Below, piece by piece: positions 13,832 through 25,100 of a DNA stretch of 64,000 nucleotides. Both the position numbers and the translations under genes were made by a program. The notes below the pieces were generated by a model that saw only the letters and a list, made by a program, of their open reading frames with translations, was not told the DNA's origin and made no database searches. Origin of the DNA: Felis catus (Eukaryota); the NCBI RefSeq assembly GCF_018350175.1, contig NC_058379.1:22196001-22260000 (forward strand), read 5' to 3'. Numbering within the stretch: the stretch's first letter is position 1; each line of letters starts with the position of its first letter.

Positions 13832-14002
13832 CTCCTCCTCCTCCTGTTCCGCCTCTTCCTCCTCCTCCTCCTCCTCCTCTTCCTCCTCCTCCTTTTTCTT
13901 CTCCTCCTCCTCTTCCTTCCTTCCTTCCTTCATTCTTCCTTCTTTCTTTCTTCTTTATTCTTCTTCCTTCTCCTCCTCCTTCTCCTCCTCCTCTTTCTTC
14001 TT
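13832..14002 (+). repeat. (CCT)n/(CTT)n polypyrimidine-polypurine tract
   Basis: About 170 bp of almost pure C/T; it explains ORFs 13814-14080 and 13824-14012. Confidence 0.95.
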
Positions 14003-14160
14003 TGTAGATCACCAGTTTATTTTAAAAGTACACAACACAGGAATAGCCAGATGGAAGAGATAAATAGGAAAAGAGTGTAGAGTTTCCACGCTCTCTGAGC
14101 ATGCCACTGTCCCCATATCTCCACATGTTCACCATGAAAACTCTGGAAACTCTCCAAACC
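14003..14160 (-). mobile_element. MER21-like LTR fragment
   Basis: caggaatagccagatggaagagat...ctccacatgttcacca...ggaaactctccaaacc resembles antisense MER21-type LTR. Confidence 0.5.
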
Positions 14161-14408
14161 ACAGTATAAGTTATTTCAAAATTAAAAATAAAAATTTTAA
14201 TGCTGCTATCACACTCTTCCCAGAGTCATAGCTGAAATGAAGTCTTGTGGCCAGAACCTGAACTCACTTGCTGTCAGGCTCAGTGACAGGGTGGGTGGGA
14301 TATGTTCCCAATGTTACTGAAGAACAGAAGCCCTAAGTCCCTATTATAAGGCCTAGCTCTGGACTGGGCTCTCCAGAGTGAGGTGCAGGAACTTTGAAAA
14401 TCACTAGA

Positions 14409-14848
14409 GGGTTGCCTGTGTGGCTCAGTCAGTTGAGCATCTGACTTTGGCTCAGGTCATGATCTTACAGTTTGTGAGTTCGAGCCCCACATTGGGCTCA
14501 CTGATGTCAACATGGAGCCCTCTTCAGATCCTCTGTTCCCCTCTTTCTCCAACCTTCCCCAGTTTGCACTCTCTCTCAAAAATAAATAAACATTTAAACA
14601 AACAAACAAACAAACAAAACTTAAGATTTTTTTGGTAAGGTTTATTCATTTTTGAGAGACAGAGCATGAGCAGGGGAGGGGTGGAGAGAGAAGGAGACAC
14701 AGATTCTGAAGCAGGCCCCAGGCTCTGAGCTGTCAGCACAGAGCCTGACCTGGGGCTCAAACCATCAGCCACAAGATCATGACTTGAGCCAAAGTCAGAT
14801 GCTTAACGAACTGAGCCAACCAGGTGCCCCTTAAGTAAAACATTTTTA
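14409..14848. mobile_element. CanSINE (+, 14409-14619) with a second CanSINE (-, 14626-14830) inserted in its tail
   Basis: Outer TSD AAAATCACTAGA (14397-14408, 14849-14860); inner element flanked by CTTAAG. Confidence 0.9.
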
Positions 14849-15189
14849 AAAATCACTAGACAAAAAGTAAAGTTGTGGGTAAGGCTCAGGGAGGGAGAGA
14901 GAAACTGCCCACTCAAGACAAACTGGAAACCAAACTTTAAAATCAATGAAGAAAATCAATGCTAACAAAGAAGCCAACAAAGTCAAATGCTCAGCAGATG
15001 AATCACTTCAGACAAAATGGATGTATCAGAACAATATTTTTAAAATGAATGTAAATAGGTTTAATATTCTAAAGATGAAGGAATAATATCAATAAAAGAG
15101 AAATAATTTGTGAAACAAAGCTGGTAAAAATGAAACAAGAACAAGTAGACATGAAAAAGTAACAGGGAATTTCAGAAAATGAAAATATA

Positions 15190-16260
15190 AGCAGATAAGC
15201 TTTACCAGTCACCCAGCATCCACATCTAAATTTAACCTTAACTCTTTGTAACTAGAGTTACTTTTCATTAAAAGATTTGAGGGGAGATTGATTTTTCGTT
15301 TTATTTTTCTGCATTATTGGAAGAAATTATGTAGCAACACATGGGAATTTAGGAATTAAAGGTCCATTAAAATCATCAAGGTCCAATATATTTACTTGTC
15401 TTGGAATTTAACTCTGTTCTTTTTTCTTTCATTTAGATGTTTTGTGGTCAATCCATTTTCCACTAGTAGCCAAAGTGATATTTTTTGTCCTGTTACTCAG
15501 TTTTTAAGATTTCAATGCCTTCAAAGTAAGTCACAAAAGGGTCCAAAATTCAGAGTCATATCATAAAATTCAGGTTGTTTTTTGGGAGTGGTGCACCTAC
15601 CCATGTTGTATATAAGCTTTTGTTTCTCCCATTGTAAGTTCTGGCTGAGGTAACTTCTCCTATGAGAGTCAACCTTCCAGGGCCACCCAACAGTCCAGAT
15701 GGTGGAAAGGTTAAAGTCCCACTCATGGCACACTGTGGACTTGGGTCTGCAAGCAGCAGTGGCAATTCCTATCCTACCCACCCTGGAAGGAGAGCTTTGG
15801 AGGTGTGCAACAACCCAGAACCATCTATTCTCATTGAGCCCTAGGCATATTTAGTGCCTCAAGACAAACCAGGCCATGTGATAGGGTTTGCCAGTTATAT
15901 GAGAGCTCATATCCAGCACACATGATCAAGTATCTTCTGCCAGTTTTTAAAAGAATATGTTTTGTGGCATTACTTTACATTCAGTGAATGTTTTAAGTAT
16001 TTAGAACAAGTAGAGACAAAATATGGAACACCTGCAGTAAACTTAACTGTAGGAGAGGCTACCATAACTAACATTCTTCTAAGTGAGTCACACTGACTCT
16101 CAACCAAATAATATTCAGCTGTTCTGATGGCCAGTGTCCTTGCCACAGATAAGAATATGACATCAGCTATCAGAACTTGGAAGCCCGTAATAGTTTATAT
16201 AGAACTTCCTAAGCACTAACTAAGCTGTAATAATTAATGTAGCATTTTGGCTAGTGACTA
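15190..16260 (-). mobile_element. Possible very old LTR-retroelement gag-protease relic (ERV-L/Gypsy-like)
   Basis: Collinear degenerate motifs PELTMGE..(S)LWLL..IDHK..LDLDDF..RVKVKFRCG echo ERV-L gag-pro PDLTVG..LWHWL..IDRK..PDLSQF..RVTVHWGKG. Many stops and a frameshift. Confidence 0.35.
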
Positions 16261-16266
16261 CCCACC

Positions 16267-18357
16267 TGTATTGGATATAAACCTTGTGCACCAGCTCAGA
16301 GACCCCTTACCACCTCCTTTATTATCTCTTGGTACCCCATGTGGCTTGGGACACTCCTCCATTTCTGAGCTTGGAAGGATGCTGAATCTCAGAGTGTGGG
16401 ATCTGGCTTCTTGAGTGGCCATCAAGAGGCTAGATTTTTGCAATCCACTAGTTTAGAAAGGTTTTCACCTCACAGGCTGAACAATGACCAGTGGGAAGTG
16501 GGAAATAGATGGGAAGCAGGCAGATAAATACTCCTCATTCTTCCCTCAGTGGACCTCTCCAAAGTATGCTTTATGCTTGAAAACCTTTTGGAGAAGTCCA
16601 TGAGCCCAGAGAATGAGTAGCTCCTATGACCCTTGCAGTCTGCTGTGAGGTCATAGCCAACCTATTAAAGTATTGCATCACTTTGTATCTTTCCCTTACC
16701 TTTACCTTTTTGCCTCCACATCACCAATGTTTGTCTCGCTGAGTGTCCAACCTGTCAGCAGGAGGGACTGACACAACCTTCATGGTATAACCCAATCTTT
16801 GGGAAGAATAAGACATCCATCAACTAGATCAAACAGCTTTCACTTGGTGGGGCAGGGGGAGGGGAGACTGAGCAATTTGTCCTTACTGGAATCCATGTGT
16901 TTTCTGGTAATAGGGTTGCCTCCAGCAGCCCTATAGTCCATAGTTATCAAATCCTCATATGCCTGCCTAGATTCTCATAGGACACAGCCTCAGATTAAGT
17001 CACCCACTTCAACTAAGGAAGTGAACCAATAACTCCTGATTGGAGTTCGCCTATCTTACTGTGAACCCTGCTGCCACTCGGGAGCAGCCAACCTGACAGA
17101 AGAATGGAATGGCCTAGTGAAGGCTCAGCTGGGGCACCTACTGAGGAGATATCTATGGGCTTGAGCATCAATCCCCCAGGATGAAGTATATGCCCTGAAC
17201 TGACAACTGATATCTGGATGACCTGTATAATTACAGAAGATGGGTCCAGGAGTAGCCCTGTTCACTGTTACACATAGTGACCCTAGCAGAGTCTATGCTT
17301 CTCATCAGCTGGGCTAAGCTGGGTTAGAGGTTCTGCTTCCAGGGAAAGGGGAAACACAACACAATAAGGCTTCCATTAAATCAGAAGCTGATGCTACCCC
17401 CTGGCCACTTTCTGCTCCTCCTGACAGTGACCAACAGACCAAGAAGGGAGTGACAATACTACTGGGTCGCTAATACCAACTTCCATGAAGATTTAGGTTA
17501 GTGGTACATATGGGGATGGGAGAGGAATGTCTGGAATAGAGCTGAAGGGATTCCCCCAGAGACTCTCTTAATACTTTTATGTCTGGTAATGGTTATTAAT
17601 GGGCAAGGCAACAAGGAACTCAAACCCCTCAGGACAAATGTCACAGACCAGCCAAAGTGCTAGCAGAGAATGAAGAGGATCTAGAATGGGTAGGGGGGAG
17701 GAATATGATGAATATCAATTACAGCATTGGGACCAGACATAGCAGCAGCAAATGAACTTGTTTCATAGCCTTCTTACTTCAGTTTTCCGGGCAACCTCAG
17801 TTAGCCACCAGGAAAGGGACTCTGTCATTGATTGGACTTGCACCTCCAAGGAAGGGGTAAAGATGTCTTCATTCTCTCAAGAGAATGGATGTCCCCACAT
17901 CGTAGTAGGAAAGCTGACACCATGGGAGGGCACAAGAGGACCTGAGTAGCGCAAGGTGTGAAGCATATTGGACACAAACCTTGTGCACCTTCTCAGATTC
18001 CCTCGACCACCTCCTTCTCTGTCTCTCTCGGTCGGTACCTCAGCCTTGCCCAATTGTCCTTCCGCTTCTGGACTTTCATGAAATGCCACAGTGGGAGACA
18101 GGAGGTGGAAGCAAAGGGGGCAGATAAATTCCACCTCCATTCTTCCTTCTGCAGACTTCTCAGAGGTGTGTTTTCTCCTTGCATATCTTCTGGAGAAGTC
18201 CATGTGCCAGACCTGCTGTCTCTCTGCAGCTCACTGTGATGGGACATCCATCCTTCCACTTCCTGTTTCTGCCTCACCACCCTGGGACCGCATCTCTCAG
18301 AGTGTCAGCCCTTTTATCCTTGCCTTGGCTCTGTTGTCTAGAGGACCTTCATAAAAA
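16267..18357 (+). mobile_element. Internally deleted ERV-L (LTR16/HERV16/ERV3-16A3-like) provirus relic: 5' LTR about 16267-16725, integrase and dUTPase remnants about 16738-17610, 3' LTR about 17963-18357
   Basis: Both LTRs start alike (TATTGGAyAyAAACCTTGTGCACC) and share GGCAGATAAAT and TGGAGAAGTCCATG blocks. Degenerate peptides AECPTCQQ, FVLTGIHVFSG, AANLTEEWNGLVKAQL, VYALN, AGLEVL, LMLPPGHF and QQTKKGVTIL match ERV-L integrase/dUTPase. Ends are approximate. Confidence 0.8.
17927..18011 (-). ncRNA. MIR3200: miR-3200 precursor hairpin orthologue (5p arm 17999-17978, 3p arm 17958-17937)
   Basis: Minus strand reads GGTGGTCGAGGGAATCTGAGAAGGTGCACAAGGTTTGTGTCCAATATGCTTCACACCTTGCGCTACTCAGGTCCTCTTGTGCCCT (85 nt). 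The arms pair (CTGAG/CTCAG, CAAGGT/ACCTTG). It is nearly identical to human mir-3200 as I recall it, which also lies in OSBP2 intron 1. Confidence 0.85.
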
Positions 18358-19112
18358 TTGTCCATAGGCAGGAAGAAAATTGATAAGCAACAAATTTGAA
18401 TCCAGACACACAGAAAGACAAAAGCTACTAATTTGGAGCAAAGCACTTATCCTTGTGTATGACTTTCATTCAATTGCTAGCTCAAGCTGAGTCTGATTCA
18501 CCCGGCAAATTCCACTCTAATCTTCCAAATCCAAATTCAGCAAGTACTTCCTATGGGCTACTATATAAAGGAATTGTGCTAGAAACTGGAGAGAGGGTAA
18601 ATATAAAGATAAATGAAACACATTTTCGGGCCTCAAAGAACATTCCATCTTGTGAAAGAGACAGACCTGTAAATGGTAAACTGCTATTTAATAGGCAGAG
18701 GAAAATAAACTCAAAATAAAAGGAGCATTTACTTTATGAAAATTCATTGAGTTGTGTCCTTATAATTTACCTACTTTTCTGCATGTATGTTACACACATA
18801 TAGTATGTTGTATGCTACATACATAGCCATTGTTAATAAACAGTTTGCTTTAAAAACAAACTCAAAATGGAAGGATAAGTCGCCAGTGGTGGGAGCTCAG
18901 GAGACAGAATGACACTTTCCTTTCCAGATGGATCAAGGAGGTACATACACTGGAGCAGAATTTCAAACAATGAGGGGACTCTGCCCAGGCAAAGGCTAGG
19001 AGGAGGACCAGGCCAACCCAGAGCAGCGATGTGGAGGCATGTGGCTCTGGGAAAGCCCAGGGATCTAGGACAGCCAAAGGAGAGGGTCTACACATGGCCA
19101 GGCTTGACGATG

Positions 19113-19543
19113 AGTATTGAGTTAAACTGTGCCCCCCAGGAAGATATTGTGAAGTCCTAACCCCTAGTACCTGCAAATATGACCTTATTAGGAAATATGG
19201 TCTTTGAAGATATAATCAAGTTAAGATGAGGTCATTAGGGTGGGCCCTAATCCAGTATGACTGGTGTCCTTATAAGAAGAAGAGAGAGAGACAGAGGCAC
19301 AGAGGGCAGTAGAGATGGGAATGATGCATCTACAAGCCAAGGAGCACCAAGGATTACTGGCAAACATCAGAAGCTAGCCAGGCCTAGAAGAAAACCTCCC
19401 CTACAGCCTGCAGAGAGAGTACAGTGCTGCTAGCCCTTTGATTTTAGACTTCTAGCCTCTGGAAATGTGAGGCAGTAAATTTCTGCTGTCTTTAGCCACC
19501 CAGTTTATGGTGTTTTATTACTGCATCCCTAGGACACTAAACA
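19113..19543 (+). mobile_element. MaLR solo LTR (MLT1B/C-like)
   Basis: Characteristic gaagtcctaacccctagtacc, gttaagatgaggtcattagggtgggccctaatccagtatgactggtgtccttataagaaga and CA end. Near-TSD CGATG/TGATG. Confidence 0.85.
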
Positions 19544-20309
19544 TGATGGCTGAACAGATGAGTTCAGGAAGGGTCCTTTGGAAGTTCCCATACAGCTGAG
19601 CTGGTTTATCTCTACATATCGATCATGGGACTGCATTTCAACCCCCACCCCCACCCCCAATCTCCACTGAGAACACTCAGTCACCACAGCACCCATATGG
19701 CTCTTTTTTCCCTAGAACAGTCCTGCCCCCAAACCACCCATCGCAGCTCAGAGCTTTCCCCTTTTCCTATACCATTGAGGTTGGAGCACCCAAAATGACC
19801 CGCAGCAAAGATTCCAAGGATTCAGGTTCCATCAATGACATGACACGTATTAACTGCAGAAGCAAGTTAGGATGGAACTGAGCAGGAGAAAATTATTCAT
19901 TGTGGTGGCAGGAACTGTGACAGAGGGAGCAGGATTTGTTGCCATCGGCTTCCTGATTCTGTGGCTCCCTGCAGCAGCAGCCGCCTACCAGCAGAGCTAG
20001 TGAGAGTCTGGGGACCCTCAATACTCCTGACTTTCAGCTTCCAGCTGCTTTTCCAGCCCTCCCAGCAACTAGGAAGCTACCTCACCCCTGGCAGCATAGC
20101 CTTTCAGCTAACACTAGCCAGACTCATTTCTGGTATGTGCAGCTGAGTCCTGGCCAAGGCACCTTCCTAGAGGCTACAACATCTCAGAATGAATATCCAA
20201 GACTGCAAATAAGGTTTGATGTGTGCTGTTTGGGATCTCTAGCATCCAAGGCACCCATAGGTTCATCCCATGCATTTGCAAAGATTTTAAAATCTGGATC
20301 CAGAGATGC

Positions 20310-21240
20310 AAAATGTATAGCCAACAACCCAATTTAAAAATAGGCAAAAGAGGGGCACCTGGGTGGCTCACTCAGTTAAGCATCTGACTTTGGCTCAGGT
20401 ATGATCTCGCGGTTCATGGGTTCAAGCCCCACGTCGAGCTCTGGGCTGACAGCTCAGAGCCTGGAGCCTGCTTTGGATTCTGTGTCTCCCCCTCTCTGCC
20501 CCTCCCCTGTTTGTATTCTCCCTCTCTCTCAAAAATAAATAAACATTAAATAAAAATAAAAATAGGCAAAGGATTTGAACAGATACTTCACAAAAGGGGA
20601 TCTCTGAATAACTAATGAGCATATGAAAAAGGGCTCAACCTCATCAGTAATTAGTAAACATACATGTGCACCATGATCCAGCAATTCCATTCCTATGGAC
20701 CTCCCCATTAGGGATATATGCATGTGGTTACCAAAGACATGTGCTGGAGTATCTGCAGCCTTCTTCTTAAAAGCCCCAAACTGCAACAACCCACATGTCC
20801 ATCCATACCATCCATATTAGAATCGATAAGCAAATGGTGGCTTATCCAATTCATGGCTTATCCAAATGGTAGAGTATTATACAGAAATTAGAATAAATCC
20901 ATAAGAACCACGCAAACGACCTGGAAGAACCTCAAATATAATGTTGAGCAGAAGTCAGACACAAAGAAAACGTATTGTGTGAGTCTACTTAGACAAAGCA
21001 CAGTTACAGGCAAACCTAAGCTCTGGGGTGAGAAGTCAAGGTAGCAGTTACCCTTAAGGAGCAATGAGTGGAGGGGAGACAAGGGGAGGCTCCTGGGGGT
21101 GGGGGGGCTGGTCATGTTTTATTTCTTTAGCAGGGTCAACGGCTATCTAATGTGTTCATTTGGGGAACATCTCCTGAGCTGTATATATATTTACCACTTG
21201 TCTCTATGCATATCAAACCTCATTAAAATGGCATTTAAAA
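20310..21240 (+). mobile_element. Ancient L1M fragment interrupted by a CanSINE (20352-20560)
   Basis: L1 phrases aacaacccaatttaaaaataggcaaa and gatccagcaattccattccta. The SINE is flanked by TSD AAAAATAGGCAAA. Confidence 0.7.
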
Positions 21241-21249
21241 AGAACAGAG

Positions 21250-21560
21250 ATGCAGGGAATCCTTTCCTGGCAGTGGAGGCAGCAACAACTGGTTCTCTAG
21301 GGCAGCAGAAGTAGCAAAGCCTAGGGAGCATCAACATCCAGTGCCCAGGTGGCAATGTCCTCTCCAGGATAGTTTTGTGACATGATTTTGGTCATAGACC
21401 TGGCTACTAGCCTGCCTTGTTCTCACCTCCCCCCCTCTGAGACCTCTGTCCTCCTACCTTTCCAGGAATCCTGTCTGTGAGTTCCTGAAGATCCTTCCAG
21501 TAAATACATCTTTTTTTTTTTTTTTTCCTTAAAATATCCAGAGCTGGGTTTCTGTTGTTC
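21250..21560 (+). mobile_element. LTR33-like ERV-L LTR fragment (similar old LTR piece at about 19850-20150)
   Basis: gcagtggaggcagcaac..., atccttccagtaaat...ccagagctgggtttctgttg terminus. Confidence 0.5.
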
Positions 21561-22005
21561 TGCTAGGACAGGTGGACAGCGGCCACAGAAGGGATGTCAG
21601 AAGGCAGAGAAGACAGTGAAGAAGGTCGTACAAAAGACACATGCAGGAGAAACAGATTTCGGTTCTTTTATCTCTCAGGCCATGGGGATGCTGTTAGGAT
21701 CCTTCCAGATCTAAGTAACAAAGCTCAGCTTATTCATTCTAACTACCACATCCTGAGGACTTACCTTAGAGATGTCTCACATGGATTAGCCACTTAAGAT
21801 GTGATAGGAAAGGCAGGAATGACCTCCCTGTTCCAGAGGCAGAGGCTGAGGCTGAGGCTTGGCTAAGTGGGCAGCTCATTGCAGGTTCTAAGGGGGACCA
21901 AGCCAGTCTCACCCATTCACCCGCAGCCCTGTTTCTTACCCAGAGGGGTGCATGGACTTGTCCCCAGGCTTCATTTCTACTCTTAAAAGTCATCAAAGCT
22001 GGTTA

Positions 22006-22113
22006 GGGGCACCTGGGTGGCTCAGTTGTTAAGTACCCAACTCTTGATTTTACCTTAGGTCATAATCTCATGGTTCATGGGATCAAGCCCCTCATCAGGT
22101 AAACATTAAGAAA
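22006..22113 (+). mobile_element. Internally deleted CanSINE (another CanSINE at 22467-22660 and a gapped one at 23746-23889, minus)
   Basis: SINE head joined directly to the tail. 21-bp TSD AAAAGTCATCAAAGCT(G/C)GTTA. Confidence 0.8.
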
Positions 22114-25100
22114 AAAAGTCATCAAAGCTCGTTAAATGGTGCCATCCAGAAAATGCTCAGTATGGCAACTGTCAGAAGTGGCCAAACAGAAGCATTTACT
22201 GTGCAGATGAGATTGTCACCATGAGACCTGACACCGTTTCACTTTGCTTCTGGCCTCATTCTTTTCCATTTAGAGCTTCCCTCGAGAAATGCTCAAAAAA
22301 TGCTGCTGCAAATTCTACAGGAAGGACATTTCCAATGTATTTTTTTTTTCAATAAAAAAGGAGACTTGGGAGCCATTCTCCAGTAACTGAAATTCACATT
22401 GCTGCATGTTTACACAAATGGAGGATGACAGATGGTGATTTACAAAGGCCAGTGGCTTTTACAAAGTGGCTCAGTCAGTTAAGCATCTGCCTCTTGGTTT
22501 CAGCTCAGGTCATGATCTCACAGTGTGTGAGTTCATGCCCCACACCAGGCTCTTTGCTGACAGAGTGGAGCCTGCTTGGGATTCTCTCTCCCTCTCTCTC
22601 TGCCCCTTCCCCGTTTGCTTGCTCTCTTTCTCAAAATAAATAAACAAACTTAAAAAAAAATTTTAACTGTAAACCAATAAATCCAGGCTGGAACTGAGTT
22701 TCTCTGCCACAGCACAGGGCTCTGTCCATGCAGAATACTGGGGTATCCATCCAGAAAAATGTTTTGCTTTACCTGGTCATTGTTTCTATTTGCCACTTGC
22801 AAGTGAGAACACACTTGTGGCCTATCCTGTCCCTGCCCAGGTCAGAGCTGACACGTGGTGAGAGCTCAGGGATGGTGGGCAAGCTGAGTGAATTAATACA
22901 GGAGTGTTACACAAGCAAAGGAATAAACCCAGGGAGATGACCCAGCCCTGGAACCACCCAAAGTCCTGCCAAACTCACATTCTTAAGGTAGAACAGTAGG
23001 GTAACACCCTACCCTTGAACATCACTCACTGAAAAACCACTAGACCCTTTTTGTGGTTCCACCAAAATGTTAGAATACCATGTACTAGCCACATATAAGG
23101 TGGTTCCTAAGAATATTAAGTGAAAATCCTGTCACAGAATATTAAACAAATACTTTACATCTCAAATTTAGACTAAAATGTCTCATCAGGTAGAAAATGG
23201 ATGAACATGCCGCTTTTGCTGCCAATGCAATAACAACAAACCAGAATATTTTCCCAAGTTACTGCACTTTTAAAGTGTGATGTTGGTCAGGCAAAAGCCT
23301 GACCCCTGGACTTCACCAAGCAGAATTCCAAGTCCTCTCCAGCATGCCTCCTCAATATCTCTCAAATCCACCCCCTTCACTGAAGCTGTCCCGCTCAGCC
23401 CTGTACTGGGCCATGGTCATCTCTCACCAGGACATACCCACAGCTCCTCCATCAGCCTCTGCCTTGCCCCTGAAAGTCCACTCGTGCTACATTTTTCTAA
23501 AACTTCAGTCTGAGTCTGTCAATATGCTGCTTTAAACNNNNNNNNNNNNNNNNNNNNNNNNNNNNNNNNNNNNNNNNNNNNNNNNNNNNNNNNNNNNNNN
23601 NNNNNNNNNNNNNNNNNNNNNNNNNNNNNNNNNNNNNNNNNNNNNNNNNNNNNNNNNNNNNNNNNNNNNNNNNNNNNNNNNNNNNNNNNNNNNNNNNNNN
23701 NNNNNNNNNNNNNNNNNNNNNNNNNNNNNNNNNNNNNNNNNNNNNAGGGAGAGAGAGAATGCTAAGCAGGCTCCATATCCACACCCAGCACGGAGCCCCA
23801 TGTAGAGCTTGATTCCAAAATGCTGAGATCATGAACTGAGCTGAAATCAGGAGTCAGACACTCAACCAACTGAGCCACCCAGGAGGCCCTAATATCCTCT
23901 TTCTTCAGGACAAATTCCTTGCTCCTGAATAAGACTTACCAGCTCTTCCTGAGGTAGAGTAAAGTGCCACAACATTTTTCAAGGGCTGAAAGTAAAAAAC
24001 TGTCAACTCAGAATCCAGTGAAAATATCCTCCAAGAATGATGGAAAGGTAAGGCAATTCTCAGATGAAGGAAAACAAACATTCTTTCAGACCAGCAGACC
24101 TACCCTAAAAGAATGGCAAGAGAAAGATTCTCTAGAAATAAAGGAAATGATAGAAGAAGGAATCTTAGAACATCAAAGAGGAAAAAAGAACATGATAAAC
24201 AAAAATATGGATTAAGACAATAGATATTTCTTCTCTTGAGTTTTTAAACTATGTTTGATGGCTGAAGCAAAAATTAAAACACTGTATGATGTGATTCTAC
24301 ATGTATATAGAGGAAAATGTAAGACTACACTATCCTATTAATAGGGGAAGGTAAAGGAACTTACAGGGAAGTAAAGTTTCTATACTTCATTGAAACTAAT
24401 TAAATGANNNNNNNNNNNNNNNNNNNNNNNNNNNNNNNNNNNNNNNNNNNNNNNNNNNNNNNNNNNNNNNNNNNNNNNNNNNNNNNNNNNNNNNNNNNNN
24501 NNNNNNNNNNNNNNNNNNNNNNNNNNNNNNNNNNNNNNNNNNNNNNNNNNNNNNNNNNNNNNNNNNNNNNNNNNNNNNNNNNNNNNNNNNNNNNNNNNNN
24601 NNNNNNNNNNNNNNNNNNNNNNNNNNNNNNNNNNNNNNNNNNNNNNNNNNNNNNNNNNNNNNNNNNNNNNNNNNNNNNNNNNNNNNNNNNNNNNNNNNNN
24701 NNNNNNNNNNNNNNNNNNNNNNNNNNNAAGTTATCCAAAGATATATACTCAAAAACACTTTAGAATTATTAAATATAGTTACCATATGATCCAGCACTTC
24801 CAAGAGAAATATAACCAAGAGAAATGAAAACATACGTCCACACAAAAACCTGTACACAAACTTTTATAATAGCATTACACATAAATGGTGGAAATAACCC
24901 AGATATCCATCAGTAGATGAATGGACATAAAAAATGGTATGNNNNNNNNNNNNNNNNNNNNNNNNNNNNNNNNNNNNNNNNNNNNNNNNNNNNNNNNNNN
25001 NNNNNNNNNNNNNNNNNNNNNNNNNNNNNNNNNNNNNNNNNNNNNNNNNNNNNNNNNNNNNNNNNNNNNNNNNNNNNNNNNNNNNNNNCCATCTGTATGA

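Noticed and set aside
13814-14080. Leu/Phe-rich 'membrane protein' and Gly/Arg-rich antisense ORFs
   Set aside because: Translations of the (CCT/CTT)n microsatellite.
15662-16260. Semi-open plus-strand frame considered as an endogenous bornavirus or other non-retroviral insert
   Set aside because: No match to the bornaviral N, M, G or L motifs I recall, and the stop density is not clearly below chance.
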